43,876 nucleotides of DNA from a virus (taxonomy: Duplodnaviria; Heunggongvirae; Uroviricota; Caudoviricetes), in IMG/VR virus record IMGVR_UViG_3300037510_000012, positions 85,267 through 129,142 of that record; one strand, written 5' to 3'. Shown here piece after piece: positions 33,078-41,100 of the stretch. How positions within the stretch are numbered: the first letter of the stretch is position 1; every line of letters begins with the position of its first letter. The notes beneath the pieces are model-generated. The model searched no databases, was not told the origin of the DNA, and was given only the letters and a program-made list of their open reading frames with translations. Both the position numbers and the translations under genes were made by a program.

Positions 33078-34073
33078 ATGAGTAATGAATTGCTAGAGAA
33101 GGTTATCCGTACCACCGAAGTTGGTGCTGGTGGCGGTGGTCTTCTAAACGCTGAGCAGGCAGACCGCTTTATTGACTACATGTGGGATTCAACCGTACTT
33201 GGTTCACAGGTTCGTACAATCCGTATGCGTTCAACTGAGGTGGATATTGACAAGGTTGGTGTTGGTGAGCGTCTAATGCGTGTAGCTACCGAGGCAGTTG
33301 ACGATGGTGTCAACGCTGGAGCAGTCTTCACGAAGATTTCGCTAACCACGAAGAAGTTGCGTCTCGACTGGGAGCTTTCAACAGAGTCCCTAGAGGACAA
33401 CCTTGAGGGTGACGCTCTTGAGGACCACATTGCGCGCCTTATGGCAACGCAGGCTGGTAACGACATTGAGGACGTTGCTATTAATGGTAACACCGCGCTT
33501 ACTTCCGACCCGCTAATGAAGGCATTCGACGGTTGGCGTAAGCTGGCCCTTGCCGGTGGACACGTTGTTGACCACGCGGGACAGCCACTTAACCGTGCTG
33601 CTGCGAACAAGGCTCTTAAGGCAATGCCACGTAAGTACATGCAGCGCCGTAACGGTCTTAAGTTCTTCACAGGTTCAAACCTAATTCAGGATTACCTATA
33701 CGGTCTAACACAGACTGCATCAGGTCTAATCTCACTTGAGAACGTCGCAGAGGGAGTTACACGTAATGGTGTACGTACCGAGGGACCTGCTGGATTTACC
33801 AGCACCCCAATGTTCGGTATCCCAACTCAGGAGGTTCCACTATTCCTTGAGACAGTGGACGGTGACTATTCAGGTGCTACAGGTGACCACGGTGACCTAT
33901 GGCTCACATTCCCTCAGAACATGCTCTGGGGTGTAAAGCGTGAGATTCAGGTTTACCGCGAGTTCAAGCCAAAGAAGGACACCATCGAGTACACAATGTA
34001 CTGCCGTGTTGGTACACAGATTGAGAACGCTGACGCTTTTGTTGTTGTAAAGAACATCAAGGTTTCTGCATAA
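33078..34073 (+). CDS. major capsid protein (HK97 fold)
   Basis: 331 aa; GGLLNAEQADRFI, ELSTESLEDN, AINGN; RBS GGAGGT; strong terminator after. Confidence 0.92.
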   Translation: MSNELLEKVIRTTEVGAGGGGLLNAEQADRFIDYMWDSTVLGSQVRTIRMRSTEVDIDKVGVGERLMRVATEAVDDGVNAGAVFTKISLTTKKLRLDWELSTESLEDNLEGDALEDHIARLMATQAGNDIEDVAINGNTALTSDPLMKAFDGWRKLALAGGHVVDHAGQPLNRAAANKALKAMPRKYMQRRNGLKFFTGSNLIQDYLYGLTQTASGLISLENVAEGVTRNGVRTEGPAGFTSTPMFGIPTQEVPLFLETVDGDYSGATGDHGDLWLTFPQNMLWGVKREIQVYREFKPKKDTIEYTMYCRVGTQIENADAFVVVKNIKVSA

Positions 34074-34087
34074 GATTCTGTTTGACG

Positions 34088-34111
34088 AACCCCCGCTTCG
34101 GCGGGGGTTTT
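34088..34111 (+). terminator. intrinsic terminator
   Basis: AACCCCCGC-TTCG-GCGGGGGTT then TTG. Confidence 0.85.
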
Positions 34112-34138
34112 GTCGTTGGACAAAGCTTCTGCTATAAT
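34110..34138 (+). promoter_or_regulatory. promoter
   Basis: TTGTCG-17-TATAAT. Confidence 0.65.
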
Positions 34139-34168
34139 GAAAGCACAATAGGAGGAATATCAAATACT

Positions 34169-34570
34169 ATGAGTTTCGATACACTAAAGAAGGAAGACCT
34201 TCTTAAGATTGCCGATGATTACGGCGTAGACGTAAAGCCTAGTGACACTAAGGCTGTAATTATCGCTGCCTTCGCTGAGGATGGCGTCAGTTGGGATGAC
34301 GTTGCAAAGGTCGATAAGACTGTTGCAGCTATTGATGCTGAGCTTCAGGAAGAGAAGGCTGAAAAGGATGCTGCCGAGAAGGCAATGCAGCCAAAGGCTC
34401 TACTAAAGATGCTCCGTGCAAATGGAACATTTGAAATTCGCGGATATGTGTTCAAGCGTGAGCACCCATTCGCACTAGTTGCAGAGGATGACGCTGAGTT
34501 CATCGTAGAGAATGACCCTGAGGGATTCCGTTATGCAACGCCTAAGGAGGCACAGGCTTTCTATGGCTGA
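34169..34570 (+). CDS. virion-associated protein with N-terminal Rho-N/HeH-like helical domain
   Basis: RBS AGGAGG; LKKEDLLKIADDYGVDV...KAVII pattern. Confidence 0.8.
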   Translation: MSFDTLKKEDLLKIADDYGVDVKPSDTKAVIIAAFAEDGVSWDDVAKVDKTVAAIDAELQEEKAEKDAAEKAMQPKALLKMLRANGTFEIRGYVFKREHPFALVAEDDAEFIVENDPEGFRYATPKEAQAFYG

Positions 34571-34946
34571 TATCGTCTTCCCTGGCCAGTCAAGTGGAAT
34601 TCTGGGCCGGGAATCATTGCCGTCCAACTATGACCTTGAATTGTACCGGGGAGACTATTTCAGCACTTCCATCGTACTCAAGGACAGTACCGGAGTGGTA
34701 CTTAATCTAAGTGGGTACACGGCAAAGTGTAGCATTCGCACATCATTCAGTGCAACTGAATCATTTGATGCGACATGCACAATTACTGCCGCAGAGGGAA
34801 GAGTAGATATTCTCTTCCCAAGCTCTGTCACAGAGACAATCGCTGCGGGCGACTATATCTGGGATTTCCAGGTAACAAATCCAGACGGAAACGTAAGAAC
34901 ATACCTTGCAGGAGACGTAAAGGTGTGGGATGAGGTGACAAAGTGA
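34563..34946 (+). CDS. Ig-like (BppU N-terminal-like) structural protein
   Basis: LELYRGD, NLSGYTAK, GDYIWDFQV pattern. Confidence 0.75.
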   Translation: MADIVFPGQSSGILGRESLPSNYDLELYRGDYFSTSIVLKDSTGVVLNLSGYTAKCSIRTSFSATESFDATCTITAAEGRVDILFPSSVTETIAAGDYIWDFQVTNPDGNVRTYLAGDVKVWDEVTK

Positions 34947-36823
34947 CAATTGAAATTATTCAGAATCCTTCACCTGAGTTCTCTATTTCATTGGCTGGAC
35001 CGCAGGGTCCAGCCGGACCAGCAGGAACCAACGGTACCAATGGAACAAATGGTGCTGATGGAAGCGTCTGGTATAGCGGCTCTGGTGCCCCTTCCGGGGC
35101 TACTGGAAAGGTAGGCGACTTCTACCTCAACACAGTTAACAGCGACGTTTACAAAAAGACTGGTGCCTCTGCATGGACGTTCCAGCTCAACATCAAGGGT
35201 GCCGATGGAGTTGGGGTAACAAATCCGTGGGTATTTGATGTAACAGCTTATGGAGCGAAGGGCGATGGAAAGATGGTCGTTGATGGCTCCATTAGTTCAT
35301 CAACAAACACGACTACTCTAACATGTTCTACAAGCAGCCCGTTTGTTTCTGGAGATGTTGGAAAGAAGATTATGATTAAGGGTGCGGCAGCAACCGGAGT
35401 CACATCACTTGTTGCAACAATTACTGGATATACAAATGCATCTACAGTTAATATTTCTGTAGCAGCATCGAATACGGTAACAAATGCACTAGTAATGTGG
35501 GGAACCGATGACACTGCTGCAATTCAGGCTGCTGTAAATGCAGCACACTCATATGCAGTTGCCAACAATGGTTCAGCAGATATCTTCTTCCCAGGAACTA
35601 CAGGATTCTATGTCGTAGCAGGAGCACTTGTAACAGGAGGAACCACAAAGGGTAACTCTCAGATTACAATTCCAATTGTTTCTGATACATCAAGAAAGAT
35701 TCTTCTTACATTCAAGGGAATCTCAAATGGAAGTGCATTCGAGCATTGGAACCAGCAGTATCCACAGGTTGCAGGAACAACCATTGTTTCGTTCGGAGTA
35801 CACTCATCTACAAGTGCTCAGATTACTAGCATTAATAATGGTGGAAACTCTGCCGTTATTGGTGGCCCATCACAGCCGGGCGGATATGGTGTATCTCCTG
35901 GTGTATTCTCCAACATGCTTGTCACAGTAAAGGACATGTCAATCCTGACAGCACACAGCGCTTACGGTTTGACGTATTCTGCGATTGACTTCTCTGGAAT
36001 CGCTGAGGCCAATATCTTTGATTTCGCATACGGAACCACTGGTATTGTTCCATCTGGAGACTTTGGTAACCCTAACGTATTTGCGACGGGCCTTTCAATC
36101 GGTCTTCTTATGCCAGCATCAGGAAATAATGACAACTGTGAGGTAAAGAATCTTAGCTGTCACGGAGGATACACATACGCATTCTTTGCTACCGAGCATA
36201 CTGTGGCAAATGCAGTTCGTATTCTTTACTGCTGGAGTGCGCTTTGTCCTGTAGGAAGTTACTACGGTTCTGTTGGTTCAACTCATGGAATCAAGATTTC
36301 TCAGATTTCAATTGAGGCTTGTACGAACGTAGTCTACATCATCGGTTCTGGTGGTGGAGGAGTTGGCCCATGGGTTGACATTGACCAGCTAGACACTGAA
36401 TCTGGTGCTCCAAAGTTTGCTGATAACAACAATGGAACTGGACTCGGAAATGCACTTGGAACAATCAAGATGACTGGTTTGTATACGGCAGCGAATATTA
36501 CAACAACGTATCCAACAGGAATCAAGATTATTGATGGTCAGAAGGCATTCCCTGTAACTACAGTGTCGGCAAATTACACTGCTCATATTACAGACGAAGT
36601 GATTCTTGTTGATGCATCTTCTGGACCAGTGACAGTGACACTAATCAGTGCTTCAAGAACACCAAACAAGTATACCGTTAAGAAGATTGACAGTAGTAGC
36701 AATGCTGTAACAATTGCTGCTGCGAGTGGCCAGAACATTGACGGTTCATCAACAAAGGCTCTGGCTAGCCAGTGGGATAAGGCTACAGTAATCCCTTCTG
36801 GCAATAATTGGTTTACGGTATAA
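34943..36823 (+). CDS. fibre/spike protein with short collagen-like repeat and pectate-lyase-like beta-helix
   Basis: GPQGPAGPAGTNGTNGTNGADG; DVTAYGAKGDG...DDTAAIQAAVNAA; G/T/S-rich. Confidence 0.85.
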   Translation: MTIEIIQNPSPEFSISLAGPQGPAGPAGTNGTNGTNGADGSVWYSGSGAPSGATGKVGDFYLNTVNSDVYKKTGASAWTFQLNIKGADGVGVTNPWVFDVTAYGAKGDGKMVVDGSISSSTNTTTLTCSTSSPFVSGDVGKKIMIKGAAATGVTSLVATITGYTNASTVNISVAASNTVTNALVMWGTDDTAAIQAAVNAAHSYAVANNGSADIFFPGTTGFYVVAGALVTGGTTKGNSQITIPIVSDTSRKILLTFKGISNGSAFEHWNQQYPQVAGTTIVSFGVHSSTSAQITSINNGGNSAVIGGPSQPGGYGVSPGVFSNMLVTVKDMSILTAHSAYGLTYSAIDFSGIAEANIFDFAYGTTGIVPSGDFGNPNVFATGLSIGLLMPASGNNDNCEVKNLSCHGGYTYAFFATEHTVANAVRILYCWSALCPVGSYYGSVGSTHGIKISQISIEACTNVVYIIGSGGGGVGPWVDIDQLDTESGAPKFADNNNGTGLGNALGTIKMTGLYTAANITTTYPTGIKIIDGQKAFPVTTVSANYTAHITDEVILVDASSGPVTVTLISASRTPNKYTVKKIDSSSNAVTIAAASGQNIDGSSTKALASQWDKATVIPSGNNWFTV

Positions 36824-36840
36824 TTTAAAGGAGGTGCAAA

Positions 36841-37746
36841 ATGGAAATTTATAGAAACACACTAGCAGACGTTACAATTAAGGTTCCTGTAATGGCAATT
36901 AATGGAACATTTGATGTAACTGCATACGATGGGGACACACTACTATACACGTTCCCTACAGTAACCGCAATTTCTGGCGGGTATAAGGTAACGCTTCCAT
37001 TCAGTCTTGTAGATAATGACGGAAGCTTTACTGTGAAGTGGAAGTTCAATTACGTTGAATCTAACACGACAAAGACCTACCAGTACAGCACTACTGTTTC
37101 TGTTGTAACTCCATATGCCACCATTGACGAAATCAGAGAGGCAACTGGAATGTCAACTAGTGAAGTCTCTGATGCTGAGCTTGTCCGCCTTGAGAGAAGA
37201 ATTCGCGGGGTAATTGATAATTACACTGGACAGTCTTTTGGTAGATACAATGGAACTAAGCAGGTTATTGGTTCCGGAGATTTCGAGCTTAAGGTACAAG
37301 ACAGGCTGGTGAGACTGGACAACATTACTGGAGCGAATATCGTGTATTCGGAGCCAAATGTTGCATCACCAGGTCTTTACACAGTTAGAGGAGATGGTTG
37401 GTATGTTGGATTTTCTAATCCAACTCCATCAGGTGATTATGTATTCGAAAATGTCATCAGGGACCCGGACTCCGTTTACAAGCGGGGATTCCGAGATGAC
37501 TACGTATATAGCATCACAGGAGTCTGGGGATGGGAAGACGTTCCGGCAGAAGTCAAGGAGGCTGCGTTGCTTCTTTGCGAAGACGAGCTATGCCCACAGT
37601 CAGAATACAGAGACAGATATCTAAAGAGTATTTCTGGAGATGGCTGGAGATATGAGTATGTTCCAAATGCATACTACGGAACTGGAAGCGTAATTGCAGA
37701 CCAGATTCTAGCACCATTCAGATACAACACGATGACGGTGATTTAA
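36841..37746 (+). CDS. head-to-tail adaptor with N-terminal Ig-like domain
   Basis: YATIDEIRE, IDNYTGQSF, ITGVWGWEDVPAEVKEAALLL; position. Confidence 0.8.
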   Translation: MEIYRNTLADVTIKVPVMAINGTFDVTAYDGDTLLYTFPTVTAISGGYKVTLPFSLVDNDGSFTVKWKFNYVESNTTKTYQYSTTVSVVTPYATIDEIREATGMSTSEVSDAELVRLERRIRGVIDNYTGQSFGRYNGTKQVIGSGDFELKVQDRLVRLDNITGANIVYSEPNVASPGLYTVRGDGWYVGFSNPTPSGDYVFENVIRDPDSVYKRGFRDDYVYSITGVWGWEDVPAEVKEAALLLCEDELCPQSEYRDRYLKSISGDGWRYEYVPNAYYGTGSVIADQILAPFRYNTMTVI

Positions 37747-37747
37747 T

Positions 37748-38236
37748 ATGATGAGATGCCTAGCAAGTGCTAAGTTCAGTATGCTTGCCGATATCATTAA
37801 GCCTGAAGGTGCACCAGCAGATTCTTCATCAAATACAGGTCACTGGGAATGGGTTCAGGACCCTGACACAGGAGCCTTTACAGAAGTATGGGTAACTGAT
37901 GACCCTAACACTCCAGGAGTAGAAGGAGACGTTAGGACAGTTAAGTGCCGAGCAAAGGCAGCAATGACGGGAAGCATTAGAGCTGCTGAGCAGTTTGGTG
38001 CAGAGTACATTAATGAGGAATGGGTGAAGCTAGAGCTTCCATATAACGCTGATGTAACACTTAGAGATAGGGTGACAAATATCCGCACTCTAAAGGGTCA
38101 GGTTCTGTGGTCGGAAGAGGAGTCTAGCGGAAATCCAGCAACCGTATTTGATGTATTCCGTGTATCACCAGAAATCGACGGGTTTGGAAACCTAATCGGT
38201 AAGATTGCTCTTATCAAGAGGGGGGCAGTTCAGTAA
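37748..38236 (+). CDS. head-to-tail stopper/closure protein
   Basis: position after adaptor; DRVTNIR...VFDV pattern. Confidence 0.7.
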   Translation: MMRCLASAKFSMLADIIKPEGAPADSSSNTGHWEWVQDPDTGAFTEVWVTDDPNTPGVEGDVRTVKCRAKAAMTGSIRAAEQFGAEYINEEWVKLELPYNADVTLRDRVTNIRTLKGQVLWSEEESSGNPATVFDVFRVSPEIDGFGNLIGKIALIKRGAVQ

Positions 38237-39060
38237 TGGCAAAGCCATGGGTTGGATTCAACGTAGACTTTGCCGAAGCTTCTGCCCTCTCTGGGTTCCT
38301 TAAGACGCTATCGACAGAAATCAAGACTACCAGACATATTGGTCCCGTCTTGAAGTATGTCCACGCAGTAATGTCTCAGGAATTCACTGAATACATGTCT
38401 GTAATGGCAGCATCACAACCTGCTAGATTCCATCACGTTTACGAATGGGGAGAGGCTGGAAATCCGGGGGCTAAGCTCTGGGACGACAAGCTTGTCGGTG
38501 GTGGAAACAATAGAATTGCAACATTCCAGTGGAGAGCTTCAAAGCAGGTTGTTCCGGTAAGAAGTGATTTCCAGGAAGCTGGAGTAAAGCAGATTCATGT
38601 CTTTGTATGGAAAGCTCCAGTTATGGAATACGGAAGACCGCTCACCATTGAGCCAAAGCGTGGAAAGATTCTAGCATACTTTACTGGACCTACAACCCCA
38701 GAGGGAAAGTACAAGATGCAGTTCACAAGAAATCCTATCAGGGTAAATAATCCGGGCGGTAAGATGACCACTGGTTCATTTACAAGAGAGTACGTTTCCT
38801 GGTGGGGTGGGTCTGGAGCCGATGGAGTCTTTGAGTCTCGCGTACGTCGAGTGCTGGAAGAAGACCTTGGAAAGATGCCTATTGAAATGGCAACCAAGAA
38901 GTTCAGAAGAGCATCAACGAAGACTTTCAAGCTACAGACACTTGGCTCTGCTACAGAAGCCGAAGCATACGGTAGAGCAGCAGCTAAGAAGTATTTGGCT
39001 GGAAGGTCAAATAAATATATTGAGGCAGCTAAGGCCCGAGAAAGGATTATCTACGGATGA
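38236..39060 (+). CDS. tail completion/neck protein (function uncertain)
   Basis: 274 aa, coupled in the structural operon. Confidence 0.7.
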   Translation: MAKPWVGFNVDFAEASALSGFLKTLSTEIKTTRHIGPVLKYVHAVMSQEFTEYMSVMAASQPARFHHVYEWGEAGNPGAKLWDDKLVGGGNNRIATFQWRASKQVVPVRSDFQEAGVKQIHVFVWKAPVMEYGRPLTIEPKRGKILAYFTGPTTPEGKYKMQFTRNPIRVNNPGGKMTTGSFTREYVSWWGGSGADGVFESRVRRVLEEDLGKMPIEMATKKFRRASTKTFKLQTLGSATEAEAYGRAAAKKYLAGRSNKYIEAAKARERIIYG

Positions 39061-39602
39061 CAGATTACAAGCTCGTTGGAGCACACCAAATCAACAAGTG
39101 GCTTTGGTCTCAGCTTAAGAATTTCGAATATAAGCCGGGAGTAAAGGCATTCGCTGATTACAAGGATTCTGGAAATACGGCGGGATATGCCGTAGTGCCA
39201 ATTATCCCTGGTGTCCAGTCTGCTGCTTTTAACGATATGACTAAGGGCAGGAGTCCTTTCTTGGTCTATAACTACATCACAAGTGGGTATTCAAGTGAGT
39301 GGTGGCTTTGCAGAGAACAGTGTGCATACATCATTTACGACAGCAATGAAGAGAGATTGATTTCAATTCTTCATTATATGAGTGACCTAATGAAGAGAAT
39401 GGATTGGACTGCCCGAAATATCAATAGCAGTGGGACTACGGACCCAAGATTCGATATCAAGTTTGTTCAGCTAACGAGTTCTGCTGGACCTGACGACTAT
39501 CAGGTTACCACAGAGCTTAGCCTGAGAGGTGCCATGCTGGTAATCAACTACGAGTACACAGTAGATATGGACACTCTTGAAGGTAGTGGACTAAGAGTAT
39601 AA
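39057..39602 (+). CDS. tail terminator
   Basis: position immediately before the tail tube; PFLVYNY pattern. Confidence 0.7.
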   Translation: MTDYKLVGAHQINKWLWSQLKNFEYKPGVKAFADYKDSGNTAGYAVVPIIPGVQSAAFNDMTKGRSPFLVYNYITSGYSSEWWLCREQCAYIIYDSNEERLISILHYMSDLMKRMDWTARNINSSGTTDPRFDIKFVQLTSSAGPDDYQVTTELSLRGAMLVINYEYTVDMDTLEGSGLRV

Positions 39603-39706
39603 TCTGATAATTTGGCTTTAGAACCGAAATCACGATAATATACTTTTAGAGGAAGTGCCTAGCCAGCACAAAAACTTTTTAACCTAAATGGAGGTGACAT
39701 TCAAAA

Positions 39707-40336
39707 ATGGCATATCAGGTACGTAACATTATCATTGGTGCAGCAGCCCTTTACATTTCTGCAAAGGACAGCACTGATGCAGCGTGGAACGGTGGACCAG
39801 CGTTGCCAGCAGCTTCTTCAGGACAGTCTTTCACGACCGCTCTCGATGCTTCTGCTGACTTCCGTCACACCGGATTCACGACAGAAGGTCTAGAGGTTTC
39901 TTATGAGCCAGACTACGGAGACGTTGAAGTTGACCAGCTTCTTGACTCAGCTAAGCTATTCAAGCAGTCAATGCGTGTAACTATTAACACGACTCTCGCT
40001 GAGGCAGCCCTAGAGAATCTTCTAGTAGCCTGGGGTCAGCAGTCTGCAACCCTTACATCAACTTCAAGCACGACTGAGCTTGGAATCGCGGCAGGTGCTC
40101 TTGGTGATGAGCCTGTAGAGCGCGCTCTAGTCGCTGTTGGTCCAGGACCAAAGTCGGCTGCTGGTGTAAAGCGCGAGCGCCTATACCACGCACGTAGAGT
40201 TCTGTCTGTAGAGTCTTCTGCACACAGCGTTCGTCGTAACGAGGCTACGGTATTCCCAGTTGCATTCCGTCTTCTACCAGACCCTAACTTCGCTGGTTCT
40301 GAGTACGGTGTAATTCGTGACCGTAATCTAGCCTAA
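39707..40336 (+). CDS. major tail (tube) protein
   Basis: IIIGAAALY, GFTTEGLEVSYEP, VEVDQLLD, FRLLPD; RBS GGAGGT; terminator after. Confidence 0.88.
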   Translation: MAYQVRNIIIGAAALYISAKDSTDAAWNGGPALPAASSGQSFTTALDASADFRHTGFTTEGLEVSYEPDYGDVEVDQLLDSAKLFKQSMRVTINTTLAEAALENLLVAWGQQSATLTSTSSTTELGIAAGALGDEPVERALVAVGPGPKSAAGVKRERLYHARRVLSVESSAHSVRRNEATVFPVAFRLLPDPNFAGSEYGVIRDRNLA

Positions 40337-40353
40337 TAGATTTGTTGGAAGCT

Positions 40354-40385
40354 ACCCCGCATGAAAATGCGGGGTCTTTCATTTT
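40354..40385 (+). terminator. intrinsic terminator
   Basis: ACCCCGCAT-GAAA-ATGCGGGGT then CTTTCATTTT. Confidence 0.85.
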
Positions 40386-40438
40386 GTGTTCTTCGTAATT
40401 CATGGTAAACTAGAATCACTAATGGAAGGAAAGGTTTA

Positions 40439-40789
40439 ATGGCAACAACAGTATACACAACCGAAGAGGTCGAGCTTCAGGACGGCACTACGGTTACACT
40501 AAAGCCACTCACGATTAAGAATCTACGTAAGTTTATGAAGGTAATGGAGGGCTTTGCTGAGGCTGAGACTGAAGATGATGGCCTTGAGGTCATGCTTGAT
40601 TCAGCCGCGCTTTGTCTAAAGTTGCAGCGTCCCGAGTTCTGGGATGAAAAGACTTCCAAGCACGCAGAGGAATTTGAGGACGCGGTTGATATTCCAACAG
40701 TCTACAAGATTCTCGATGTTTGCGGGGGTATCAAGTTGAATGACCCAAATCTTCTAGCGGCGGCTCAGGAGGCACTTGGGAGGAGCTAG
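40439..40789 (+). CDS. tail assembly chaperone (gpG-like)
   Basis: between tail tube and tape measure; LKPLTIKNLRKF. Confidence 0.88.
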   Translation: MATTVYTTEEVELQDGTTVTLKPLTIKNLRKFMKVMEGFAEAETEDDGLEVMLDSAALCLKLQRPEFWDEKTSKHAEEFEDAVDIPTVYKILDVCGGIKLNDPNLLAAAQEALGRS

Positions 40790-41085
40790 ACCTAGCTTCA
40801 CTAGAGGCTGAGGTTTTTCTCCTAGGCCAGTGGAAAAACTTTGATGAGATTGAGGATGCCCTCACTCTAGAAGAGCTTCAGGCCATTTTGGAAGCCGCAC
40901 GAGAAAGAGAATACCGAGGACAGAAGTTCACAGCAGCACTCAAGGGTATTGACCTTGATGAAAAGACTGGAAACGCAGATGCTTCATTCGAAGATGTTAA
41001 GAGAAGAGCGGAAGCAAAACTTAATGGCGTATCTGAGGAACAGCTTGAATTCTCTGGAATTGGAATTGCAGTAATCGAAGAATAA
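40744..41085 (+). CDS. -1 frameshift extension of tail assembly chaperone (gpGT-like, fused product about 215 aa)
   Basis: in-phase slippery heptamer C CCA AAT at 40744-40750; -1 frame opens right after TGA 40741-40743 and reads ...WEELDLASLEAEVFLLGQW... to 41085. Confidence 0.8.
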   Translation, partial: PKSSSGGSGGTWEELDLASLEAEVFLLGQWKNFDEIEDALTLEELQAILEAAREREYRGQKFTAALKGIDLDEKTGNADASFEDVKRRAEAKLNGVSEEQLEFSGIGIAVIEE

Positions 41086-41100
41086 TAAGGACTGATTGAA

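Noticed and set aside
32297-33670. Long antisense ORFs 32297..32890 and 33176..33670, and similar shadows such as 9743..10198 and 3865..4392
   Set aside because: Mirror frames of strongly codon-biased real genes; no independent signals.
26486-34128. AAGCTT at 26486 and 34123 shortly after terminator hairpins
   Set aside because: Each is about 13 nt from the stem, behind a normal U-tract and inside a late promoter spacer, so not counted in the hairpin-AAGCTT family.
34996-35060. Short tandem nucleotide repeats in the fibre gene
   Set aside because: They simply encode the G-X-Y collagen-like stretch; no diversity-generating retroelement or phase-variation features were seen.
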